Assembly: GCA_029257685.1 (NCBI GenBank)
Contig: JARIAV010000074.1
Coordinates: forward strand, 1-24,000
DNA length: 24,000 bases
Direction: 5' to 3'
Source: Butyricicoccus sp.
GTDB taxonomy: Bacteria > Bacillota > Clostridia > Oscillospirales > Butyricicoccaceae
Of this stretch, positions 8,050 to 15,862 are shown in pieces (positions within the stretch are counted from its first letter, which is position 1; the number at the start of each line of letters is the position of its first letter). The position numbers and the translations under genes were made by a program. Under the pieces are notes generated by a model, which made no database searches, was not told the DNA's origin, and saw only the letters and a program-made list of their open reading frames with translations.

Positions 8050-8463
8050 ATGTCAGAATCCAGAATCGATTACGCAATCACCCTGCACCAGAAAGGCTAC
8101 AACTGTGCACAGGCAGTCGTCTGTGCCTATGCCGATCTGTTTGGGATCGACGAAAACACAGCCTATAAGATGAGCGAAGGTTTCGGCCTCGGCATGGGCA
8201 TGATGGAAGTCTGTGGCGCACTCAGCGGCGCACTCATGCTCGCAGGACTCAAAAACAGCGCAGGCACAGAGGAACCGGGCAAGACCAAGGGCGCTACCTA
8301 CAAGCTCAATCGCACCTTGGGCGAAGCCTTCCAGAAGGAGACCGGCTCCGTTCTCTGCCACGAGCTCAAGGGCCGTGACACCGGCAAACCGATCTACCCC
8401 TGTGATGCATGTGTGCGGCATGGCGCAAAGATCGTAGAAGAATATCTGCGCGGCGAAGTATAA
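8050..8463 (+). CDS. C_GCAxxG_C_C family (putative redox-active) protein
   Basis: 137 aa with YNCAQAVVCAY and VCGALSGALMLAG (the C-GCAxxG motif) and a C-terminal PCDAC. GGAG RBS. The start is 12 nt after the amidase stop. Confidence 0.8.
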   Translation: MSESRIDYAITLHQKGYNCAQAVVCAYADLFGIDENTAYKMSEGFGLGMGMMEVCGALSGALMLAGLKNSAGTEEPGKTKGATYKLNRTLGEAFQKETGSVLCHELKGRDTGKPIYPCDACVRHGAKIVEEYLRGEV

Positions 8464-8519
8464 CAGCAAAAATGGGGCTGTTGCAAAATGGCCTCTCCTA
8501 AAAATGATGCACAAAAATC

Positions 8520-8556
8520 GGCTGTCAAAAGAAGCAGAACGCTTCATTTGACAGCC
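8520..8556. terminator. Bidirectional rho-independent terminator
   Basis: GGCTGTCAAA (8520-8529) pairs with TTTGACAGCC (8547-8556). T-rich tracts follow on both strands (GATTTTC.. on + and GATTTTT on -). It lies between convergent genes ending at 8463 and 8630. Confidence 0.75.
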
Positions 8557-8629
8557 GATTTTCATTTTTTACCTCTAATGTTTTGTGCAAATGGATAGTG
8601 TGTTTCCATTTTGCAACACACCCATTTTT

Positions 8630-9856
8630 TTATTTCACAAATGTCATGGGGTCTTCAAAGATATGCTGTACCGCGATCGCGCCTGCACCGATCAGGATCG
8701 GGTTCTGTGGCAGGGTACTCAGTTCGATCCGCAGGTTTTCCCAGATGATCGGCCGGATCCGCGCCTTGACCTCGCGCCGCACGATCTCCAGCATCCGTCC
8801 GCCGCCGATCTCCGCGAGGGCATCGCCCAAAATGACCACCTCCGGATCCATCTGGTTGATGAGGCTGACCAGACCGATCGCCAAATATTCACAGGTCTTT
8901 TCAAACTCCTCACACACCAGCGGATCTTCTCCCTCCCACGCGGCTTTGATCGCCGCATGCGCTTTGGAACCAGCCAGATCATACAGAGACAATGCACAAC
9001 GCTCCCCAGCCTCAAGCCGTGTCCGGATCCGATCCTTGAGTGCGAGCACCGAAGCATACAGTTCCAGACAGCCATAATTGCCGCAGGCACACCGTGGGCC
9101 GTGGCAGTCGATGGTGGTATGTCCGATCTCTCCGGCGATGCCCATTGCACCCTTGAGCAGGGCACCATCCGCGATCATGCCGCAGCCGATGCCCTGCCCT
9201 GCCACGATATAGATGAGATCTTTCTTGGTCAATTCGGTTTCGTGACTCCAAAACTGCGCCATTGCACCTGCATTGGCATCGTTTTCCGTAAATACAGGCA
9301 CAGAGATCCCCTGCTGCAACAGCGAGCGGATGGGGACTCCATCCCAGCCCTTGAGGTTGGTGATAAAGATCATTTCATCTCCTTCCATACGGTAAGGCCC
9401 CGGAACTGCAAACCCAACTGCCAGTACCCGAAACTCCGGATGAGACAGGATCACTCGATTGATCTCCAGCTTGAGCCGTTTGAGACTTTCCGCAACCGTA
9501 TCCTCCCTGCGCAGTTCAAAGTATTGCGTTTCAAACAATTCTCCGCTCAACCCGATCCGGCTGATGCCAAAATACTCTCGGGTCACCATCACGCCGATGA
9601 CGCCCACACGCGTTCCATTGAGCTCGATCCCGATGGAACGCCGTCCATGCTCCGTGCACAGCAGACCGCTTTCCACGACCAGCCCAAGCTCCATCAGCTC
9701 ACGCACGATATTGGAGATCGTTGCACGCTGCAAGCCGGAGAGCTTGGCGATATCCGCGCGGGATGCCAGCTTCTGCTGCCGCAGGAGCTGCAGCACCAAG
9801 GTGCGATTGATCTTCTGCTGTTTTTCCTGATTGACACTTTTTTCTGTGATATTCAT
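8630..9856 (-). CDS. ROK-family transcriptional regulator (N-terminal wHTH plus ROK sugar-sensor domain)
   Basis: The HTH region INRTLVLQLLRQQKLASRADIAKLSGLQRATISNIVRELMELGLV is followed by a ROK domain with zinc motif GHTTIDCHGPRCACGNYGCLELYAS. Start set at ATG 9856 (MNITEKS), with GGAGAGGAG upstream. The track start at 9904 lies inside a terminator hairpin. Confidence 0.85.
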   Translation of the reverse strand: MNITEKSVNQEKQQKINRTLVLQLLRQQKLASRADIAKLSGLQRATISNIVRELMELGLVVESGLLCTEHGRRSIGIELNGTRVGVIGVMVTREYFGISRIGLSGELFETQYFELRREDTVAESLKRLKLEINRVILSHPEFRVLAVGFAVPGPYRMEGDEMIFITNLKGWDGVPIRSLLQQGISVPVFTENDANAGAMAQFWSHETELTKKDLIYIVAGQGIGCGMIADGALLKGAMGIAGEIGHTTIDCHGPRCACGNYGCLELYASVLALKDRIRTRLEAGERCALSLYDLAGSKAHAAIKAAWEGEDPLVCEEFEKTCEYLAIGLVSLINQMDPEVVILGDALAEIGGGRMLEIVRREVKARIRPIIWENLRIELSTLPQNPILIGAGAIAVQHIFEDPMTFVK

Positions 9857-9878
9857 TGTGCGCTCCTCTCCCAGCTTC

Positions 9879-9913
9879 AAAAAGGGTGCTGTTGCCCAAG
9901 GCACAGCACCCTT
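9879..9913 (-). terminator. Rho-independent terminator between the GH63 gene and the ROK regulator gene
   Basis: Minus strand: AAGGGTGCTGT-gccttgggca-ACAGCACCCTT followed by TTTTT. It starts 8 nt after the GH63 stop and ends about 7 nt before the ROK Shine-Dalgarno. Confidence 0.7.
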
Positions 9914-9920
9914 CCCTCGC

Positions 9921-12227
9921 TTATTTCATTGGAATACCGGTTTGTGTTGACGGATTGGTGTCTGCCAATGCATTCTGATACAGCATATAATATGCCGCTG
10001 CCGACCAGCTGAAGTTTCTGGTATGCAGGCCCTCACCTGTGACCGGATTATAGTTCTCATGGATGGGGCCATCGGTGAGAACGCCCTCTGCACCATCAAA
10101 GAGCTTATATGCCAGTTCTCTTGCTTCTGCTTCATAACCATAATTCTGCAAAGCCTCTACACCATAGAGTGCCTGATCCAGCCAGACCGGACCTCTCCAA
10201 TACTGATACGGGCTGAACTTTGCATTGTCCGCGGATGCCGTCGGCATGGGTACACGCAGATTGAACTTATTGGTGTCCATCATATTGTTCTTGACCTTCT
10301 CTGCACGGTTCTTCGGTGCGAGCTTTGCCCAGAGCGGCATCCAGCCCTCTGTTCCCTTGCCACGGTTGGTCAGGAGCTTTTTCTGCGAGCCGTCCTTGTT
10401 GGTCTGCAAGTCATAGTAGAAGCCTGTGTTTTCATCCCACATCTTCTCATTGATGTATGCCGCGAGCGTTACGGCTTCGCTTTCATACTTCTTTGCATCC
10501 TCTGTCTTGCCAAGTTCGAGGGCAATGGACTTGAGGAACGCCTTCTCCGCATACAGCATCGCATTGAGATCGACCGATTCCTGATTGATGGAATAACCAA
10601 TGACCTTGCCATCGGCATCGGTATTTTCAAATACCTGTACCCCGATATCGTCCTTGCCGCTGCCTTCCTGATCGAAGCGAGTTGCATTGTCCATGCCGCT
10701 TTCCCAAGCAGCCGCTTCAATGATCGCTTCTACATCGAGCAGAGGCTTGCCGTTCTCATCCTTCTTGATCTGCTTGTTTTCATCTCGCTGATAGTGGAGA
10801 TCGTCCACCATCGCGCCATACTCCGCAATTCCATTCTTATCTGTATCGCGGTTGGTGTACCACCAGTTGTGATACGCCACGAGCTTGGGATACATCTCCT
10901 CCAGAAATGCCTTATCCTTGGACTCCTGATAGACCTTCCACACACCCCATGCAGCAAGCGGCGGCTTGGAGTTGCGGTAGTTCGCCGAATTTTCCGAATA
11001 GCTGAAGCAGTCAAAGATGGTGCCTGCGTCCTGCGGTCTTACCGGATCGGTGGACTGGATCTGGTGATCGAACATGCAGCGGATGCCATCCTTTGCAAGC
11101 TCCGGATCGAAGGCCGCCACACCAGCCGCATTCTTCCATGTATCCCAGCCCCATACACCATTGAACCACTTATACGACATGGACGGGGTCAGACCGCTGT
11201 GCTTGAACATACCAGCCGGACTTCTCCAGTTGGTGACAAGGGTCTCCATCGCCTTGACCGCCGCATTCTTATACGGCTTGGCCACGGTATCCGGCTGGTC
11301 AAAGGTCTTGTTCAGGTAGCCTTCCCAACGGGTGCGGTTGTCTGTAAATGCCTTTTCCGGATCTGCCAGCAGGGTCTGCACGGCCTTGCCTTCCTTTTCC
11401 GCCTCGTCCTTGGTAAAGGTAAAGCTCTCGGCGGTATATGTGACATAGGGCTTGCCCTTTGCAATGCTGATCGGCTTTGCCGCCTTGGAAACATAACTCA
11501 GCTTATCTCCTGCAACCTCTGTGCTGACAGCCTCGCTGTGCTGGATGGTATACTTCATTTCCGGTGTGGTCGTCCATGCCTTGGTATTGCCGGCAAAAGA
11601 TACCTGTACACCGTTTTCGACCGCACCCAGACTGGTATTGGTGGGATAGGTCTTAGAGCCCATCTTATTCTCCGCAAAGATGCGTCCATTCCAACCGACA
11701 TTGAGCACGAGTGGTTCGTCCTGATAGTTTTCGATCTGTGCACGCACAAGGCTCGTTCTGCCGCTGACGAAGATGAGCTCCAGTGTGACCTTATAGCGAT
11801 CCCTTGCCTCATAGTACTGTACCAGACGGCCTGGATAATATGCCATATACGGTCTTGCGCCGGTGAGATCGATCTTCTTGCCCTCTGCATCGGTCAGCTG
11901 TAAACGGCTGATGCAGTCAGACAGGTTCATTCCGATATCCTGCGCCAGAATGTGCGGGCCTGCAAAGCCGCCGTATGTACCAAGTGCATCGAGTGCATGC
12001 AGATGATAGCCATGCCATGCACCCATATCGGAAAACACATTGTATCTGCTGGTCGAGTAATACCCATACGGCTCATTGTCCAGCCGCGCTGTGACATCGA
12101 GTACATTTGCGAAATCCTCGATCTTATACTTGGTCGATGCCGCACTTGCATACGCACCGCCAAATGTGCTTGTTGTGATACATGCTGCCAACAAAAGACC
12201 TACGCCACGCTTGAACCGCTTTTCCAT
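9921..12227 (-). CDS. Exported glycoside hydrolase family 63 protein, YgjK-like (probable alpha-glucosidase)
   Basis: 768 aa. From memory of E. coli YgjK it is collinear over the full length: DMGAWHGY, NWRSPAG, WGWDTWK, VRPQDAG, KPPLAAWGVW, PKLVAYHNWW..NGIAEYGA, AAWESGMDN, RGKGTEGWMPLW, YWRGPVWLDQ, GPIHENYNPVTGEG..NFSWSAA. N-terminal export signal MEKRFKRGVGLLLAAC, where LAAC fits a lipobox; AYA-SA is an alternative SPase I site. Confidence 0.85.
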   Translation of the reverse strand: MEKRFKRGVGLLLAACITTSTFGGAYASAASTKYKIEDFANVLDVTARLDNEPYGYYSTSRYNVFSDMGAWHGYHLHALDALGTYGGFAGPHILAQDIGMNLSDCISRLQLTDAEGKKIDLTGARPYMAYYPGRLVQYYEARDRYKVTLELIFVSGRTSLVRAQIENYQDEPLVLNVGWNGRIFAENKMGSKTYPTNTSLGAVENGVQVSFAGNTKAWTTTPEMKYTIQHSEAVSTEVAGDKLSYVSKAAKPISIAKGKPYVTYTAESFTFTKDEAEKEGKAVQTLLADPEKAFTDNRTRWEGYLNKTFDQPDTVAKPYKNAAVKAMETLVTNWRSPAGMFKHSGLTPSMSYKWFNGVWGWDTWKNAAGVAAFDPELAKDGIRCMFDHQIQSTDPVRPQDAGTIFDCFSYSENSANYRNSKPPLAAWGVWKVYQESKDKAFLEEMYPKLVAYHNWWYTNRDTDKNGIAEYGAMVDDLHYQRDENKQIKKDENGKPLLDVEAIIEAAAWESGMDNATRFDQEGSGKDDIGVQVFENTDADGKVIGYSINQESVDLNAMLYAEKAFLKSIALELGKTEDAKKYESEAVTLAAYINEKMWDENTGFYYDLQTNKDGSQKKLLTNRGKGTEGWMPLWAKLAPKNRAEKVKNNMMDTNKFNLRVPMPTASADNAKFSPYQYWRGPVWLDQALYGVEALQNYGYEAEARELAYKLFDGAEGVLTDGPIHENYNPVTGEGLHTRNFSWSAAAYYMLYQNALADTNPSTQTGIPMK

Positions 12228-12279
12228 ACGTTTCTCCTGCCTTTTCTCCCAGATCTGCTTTTCGTATTTTTGTATATCA

Positions 12280-12295
12280 GATTTATTTATAAATC
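12280..12295. promoter_or_regulatory. AT-rich palindrome in the GH63 5' leader (candidate repressor operator)
   Basis: GATTTAT-TT-ATAAATC: perfect 7-bp arms, located about +15 to +30 relative to the predicted TSS of the 12317-12345 promoter. The assignment to any regulator is speculative. Confidence 0.3.
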
Positions 12296-12316
12296 CAATT
12301 TACAAACTATGGCTAT

Positions 12317-12345
12317 ATTATATACTTGCCCAAATCTTTTGTCAA
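12317..12345 (-). promoter_or_regulatory. Consensus sigma-A promoter for the GH63 gene
   Basis: Minus strand: TTGACA (12345-12340), exactly 17 nt, then TATAAT (12322-12317). Both hexamers are perfect consensus. About 85 nt upstream of the ATG at 12227. Confidence 0.75.
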
Positions 12346-12454
12346 TCGTTCTCTATTTTTTCATCACATTGTACATTTTTTATCCTTTCTTTTTGACATG
12401 CGTTTTCAAAGTATTTTGCGCACCTGTTTCTCAGTTCCATTTCCGTTCCACAGC

Positions 12455-12490
12455 AAAAAGAGATGGATCGGTTTCGATCCATCTCTTTTT
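12455..12490. terminator. Strong (bidirectional-capable) rho-independent terminator ending the ABC-GH112 operon
   Basis: Perfect inverted repeat AAAAAGAGATGGATCG-gttt-CGATCCATCTCTTTTT, 75 nt downstream of the GH112 stop (12565). Confidence 0.85.
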
Positions 12491-12564
12491 ATTCATTTTA
12501 TTTGATTTTTAGACATGTTTCAGGTCTATTTTTTGGGAAAACAGCGCACCGGCTGTGCCTCGGA

Positions 12565-14742
12565 TCAGATCTCATACCAGCGGATCTCGTTTGCCTCCAT
12601 GTGGAGCTCGAAGCTGCTGCCGTCTCCGCGGTATACCGTGGTATCCTGCGGCTCATAGGTATTGTTGACCACGCAGTATTTGCCATTCTTGACATAAGCG
12701 TGTACTTCTACATTGAAATTCGTGCTGAACCAGCGATTCAGTTCCTCCTCGCTGTGCGCACTCCAGAGGATACTACGGTACAGGATACGGCTGTTTTCAA
12801 AGCTGTACGGCAGACCGCTGATATAGACCGAGCGTCCCTTACCGAAGTCCTTGACTGCCATCTGCACTTCCTTTTCGCGCTGTACGAGGATCTCCGTGCC
12901 CTCATAGGCATACATGCTCTTTTTGCCCTCGCCAAAATCGACCGGCTTGGTGGTATCCTTCAGGATAAAGTGCTCCGGATGCTCCTCCCAGTTATACTTG
13001 TCATAGTTGAGCGTAAATCCGGTCTCCTTCTCCACGCCCATCATGCTGGCGAGCTGCAAATAATGCCCCTGATGCTGGTGGCCAGATGGTTCACCGACAC
13101 CGATAAAGCCGCCGCCATTGTAGACGAACGCACGGATCTTCGCGGTGATCTCTGCATCCTCCCAGATCGCGCCGCCAGTGTGTGCGGTATCGCCATCGCC
13201 CACGTTGATGATGACATCTACAGTATCCAGCGCATGCGGATCTTCCTTGAGGTCTGCAAACGAGAGGAACTTCACATCGAACGGTGCACCGGACAGTGCC
13301 TCGATGATGCCTGCATAGCTGTAGTTCTGCTTTTGATACAGTGCATGGTGTACCATGTGGCAGCCCCAGCTGCGGATCTTGCCCCAGCTGTTGAGGACGG
13401 CAACCGTCTTGACACAGTGCGGGGTCGTGCCGCGTGCATTTTCATACAGCTCACGGAACTCATTGCACACGCTCTCTACATAGTCGATAAACTCCGGAAA
13501 ATCCAGCGCGAGCTTTAAGTATCCGCCATATCCGATGCGGTCGATGGGCTTGCGCAGGATGGCACGTCTTGCCGTGACCCAATTTTCCTTGGCTTCCTTG
13601 ACGGGATCCCCGCCCTCATGGAAGGTATCCGGGAAGAAATAGGGCAGGAAGCGTCCCTCGGTGTACTTGACCCCCGGAATATCGGAGATGAGACGCAGCG
13701 TGCTGCCATTGCCCACGCTGCCAACCACAGCGTCCAGACCGATCGTTGCAAATTCCGGCATGAACGGCTCGGTGCCGATCCAGTGATCGCCAAGGAACAT
13801 CATGGCTTCCTTGCCGCATTCATGGGTGATATCGACCATTTCCTTTGCCAGCTTTGCGACCTCTCGACGCTGGAACGCCTGAAAATCGCGGAATTCCTTG
13901 CTGGGTACGCGGTACTGGTTGTTATAATAGCCCTGATCGATGATGTATTCCGGACGGAACTTGTAGCCGACCTCCCGCTCGAACTGCTCCAAAATATAGG
14001 GGCTGACCGACGCGGAATAGCCATACCAGTCTACATACTTTTCGCGCTTGAGCTCGTCGAACATCAGGGTGAACTGATGGAAGAAGGTCGTGTATCGAAT
14101 GACATCGACATACGGGTGCTCCTCACAGAACTTGCGCAGACGCTCCATCGTATATTGATGGGTCTTTGGCTGACGTACATCGAAGGTGATCTGGTGTTCA
14201 AAGTCCTTCCAGTCATTCGTGACCGCATTGTACATGTGTACTGGATCCCAGATGATATAGGCAAGGAAGCTCACGGTATATTCATGGAAATCCTGCGGCT
14301 TTGCGATCTCCACACAGCCGGTCTTTTCATTGTAGCACCACTGATCCGGAGTCAGCACCTCGCCGGTCGTGCGGTCGATGACCTCCCACCAGCGTGTGAT
14401 GTCATCTCTCGTATTGACCTGCATGAGCTCATCCGAAATGCCCTTCATCAGCGGGATCTCCAACATGCCGCCCGTTGCCGTATAGAACGCGGTCATGATG
14501 TAGCACTGCTGCACTTCATCCGGATTTGCCTTCGCCCATACATTGTCCTTACGGGTGGTATAGTAGGTGGAATAGATCTTTGCTCCCACCTGTGTCAATT
14601 CCTCGGGAAACTCCGTGCCATCACAATCGCGGATGGCATCTGCACCCCAGCGCTTCAGGATCTCGATCGTTTCCGGCACGACATCCAGATTGGTCGGGAT
14701 GGTCACGCGTCCATGCTTCAAATCTTTATTCTGTTCTGTCAT
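12565..14742 (-). CDS. GH112 beta-galactoside phosphorylase (1,3-beta-galactosyl-N-acetylhexosamine phosphorylase family; exact acceptor specificity undetermined)
   Basis: 725 aa. From memory it is collinear with Bifidobacterium longum LnpA: WGADAIRDCDGT, WEVIDRTTGEV, HEYTVSFLAYIIWDPVHMYN, AMMFLGDHWIGTEP (the region carrying the catalytic Asp), IPGVKYTEGRFLPYFFPDTF, NSWGKIRSW, GKGRSVYISGLPYS. GAGGTG RBS. The start is 10 nt after the upstream small ORF. Confidence 0.9.
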   Translation of the reverse strand: MTEQNKDLKHGRVTIPTNLDVVPETIEILKRWGADAIRDCDGTEFPEELTQVGAKIYSTYYTTRKDNVWAKANPDEVQQCYIMTAFYTATGGMLEIPLMKGISDELMQVNTRDDITRWWEVIDRTTGEVLTPDQWCYNEKTGCVEIAKPQDFHEYTVSFLAYIIWDPVHMYNAVTNDWKDFEHQITFDVRQPKTHQYTMERLRKFCEEHPYVDVIRYTTFFHQFTLMFDELKREKYVDWYGYSASVSPYILEQFEREVGYKFRPEYIIDQGYYNNQYRVPSKEFRDFQAFQRREVAKLAKEMVDITHECGKEAMMFLGDHWIGTEPFMPEFATIGLDAVVGSVGNGSTLRLISDIPGVKYTEGRFLPYFFPDTFHEGGDPVKEAKENWVTARRAILRKPIDRIGYGGYLKLALDFPEFIDYVESVCNEFRELYENARGTTPHCVKTVAVLNSWGKIRSWGCHMVHHALYQKQNYSYAGIIEALSGAPFDVKFLSFADLKEDPHALDTVDVIINVGDGDTAHTGGAIWEDAEITAKIRAFVYNGGGFIGVGEPSGHQHQGHYLQLASMMGVEKETGFTLNYDKYNWEEHPEHFILKDTTKPVDFGEGKKSMYAYEGTEILVQREKEVQMAVKDFGKGRSVYISGLPYSFENSRILYRSILWSAHSEEELNRWFSTNFNVEVHAYVKNGKYCVVNNTYEPQDTTVYRGDGSSFELHMEANEIRWYEI

Positions 14743-14751
14743 AGTGACACC

Positions 14752-14955
14752 TCAATCTTTTCTGCTTGGTGTTTGATACGGTTTGTTATAAAGGAACAGG
14801 GCCGTCAGCAATCCGATCACGCCAACGAGCATCAGTCCGAGTCCGGCAAGCTGACCGGTCATCTTCCAGCCAACGATCACAAGCACGAGCCCCACAACAA
14901 AAAATGCAGCGATGAGCAGTGCGCGTAATGTCATGTGTTCTTTCCAAAATTCCAT
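14752..14955 (-). CDS. Small (67 aa) two-transmembrane-helix protein of unknown function
   Basis: MEFWKEHMTLR-ALLIAAFFVVGLVLVIVGW-KMTGQ-LAGLGLMLVGVIGLLTALFLY-NKPYQTPSRKD: two hydrophobic helices with a short polar loop. AAGGTGA RBS. It begins 9 nt after the permease stop and ends 9 nt before the GH112 ATG, so it is tightly embedded in the operon. Confidence 0.6.
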   Translation of the reverse strand: MEFWKEHMTLRALLIAAFFVVGLVLVIVGWKMTGQLAGLGLMLVGVIGLLTALFLYNKPYQTPSRKD

Positions 14956-14964
14956 ACGATCACC

Positions 14965-15849
14965 TTATCCCTTCAATCCGCCAGCGGTCATGCCTTCGGT
15001 CAGCTGCTTCTGTACGCACATGTACAAAATAAGGGTCGGCAGCATGACGAGGACCAGACCGGCATACATAATGCCATATTGTGCCGCCGACTGCTGCGCC
15101 TGCATCAGTGTGAGCAAGCCGACCGGCAATGTCTTTGCACCGGTTGCCGAGCTCATCAGGGTCATGGAAATGATGTACTCATTCCAGAACGAGAGGAAAT
15201 TGAAGAGGATGACCGTGATGATGGACGGCTTCGCCATCGGGAAAATGATGCGCCACATTGCCATATTGTAGCTTGCACCATCGATATACGCTGCCTCCTC
15301 ATACTCATGAGACAGGGTAGAGAAATAGCTGGAAAGCAGATAGATCGTGAATGGCAGGGCAGTCGCCGCATAGACGATGGCAAGCACCACCAGATTGTTG
15401 AGCAGGAAGGTGCCTCCTGTCAGCTTTTTGAGCCAGAGATCGCCGTCGCGCAGCATCAGGAAGATGGGCACAACGATATAGTTTACGTTGATGAACAAGC
15501 CTGCCATGAATGCGGTATTCAGGAATTTACGTCCCTTGAACTTGAAACGGGACAGGCAGTAGGAAGCCGGCAGTGCGATCACCAGCAGGAGCACGAGTGC
15601 AAGTGCGGTGACGATGACGGAGTTGAGCATATATTCGCCCATCTTTGCCGTGTTCCATGCATCGGTAAAGTTTTTCCAGTACAGCCCCACGGGGAGTGTC
15701 CACGGGTTGCCGTAGAATTCGCTATTCTGCTTGAAGGATGCCATAAAGACCCACGCGACCGGAACCAAAATGGTGATGGCAAGCGCGGACAGCACCACAT
15801 AAATAAAGACCTTGTACAGTCCTTCTCCTGTATTCTTTTTGCTGTTCAT
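14965..15849 (-). CDS. Carbohydrate ABC transporter permease (MalG/BPD_transp_1 type)
   Basis: Six predicted TM helices and an EAA-like loop (HEYEEAAYIDGASYNMAMWRIIFPMAKP). Start set at ATG 15849 (MNSKKN..), with GAGGAGG 8 nt upstream. The track start at 15882 would overlap the preceding gene by 20 nt without an SD. Confidence 0.88.
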   Translation of the reverse strand: MNSKKNTGEGLYKVFIYVVLSALAITILVPVAWVFMASFKQNSEFYGNPWTLPVGLYWKNFTDAWNTAKMGEYMLNSVIVTALALVLLLVIALPASYCLSRFKFKGRKFLNTAFMAGLFINVNYIVVPIFLMLRDGDLWLKKLTGGTFLLNNLVVLAIVYAATALPFTIYLLSSYFSTLSHEYEEAAYIDGASYNMAMWRIIFPMAKPSIITVILFNFLSFWNEYIISMTLMSSATGAKTLPVGLLTLMQAQQSAAQYGIMYAGLVLVMLPTLILYMCVQKQLTEGMTAGGLKG

Positions 15850-15862
15850 ATGTATATCCTCC

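Noticed and set aside
12394-12408. cre-like sequence TGACATGCGTTTTCA upstream of the GH63 promoter
   Set aside because: It is 15 nt rather than the 14-nt TGWAANCGNTNWCA spacing, so the half-sites are out of register. It lies about 50 nt upstream of -35, an atypical position for CcpA repression. Not enough to call.
8585-14928. Long + strand ORFs (8585-10012, 10023-11903, 12463-13518, 13618-14928) antisense to the ROK regulator, GH63 and GH112 genes
   Set aside because: Same reasoning. The opposite strand carries full-length, motif-rich homologues. The + strand products have no motifs and unusual composition (many Cys/His/Arg/Ile), and several cross terminator hairpins and promoters.
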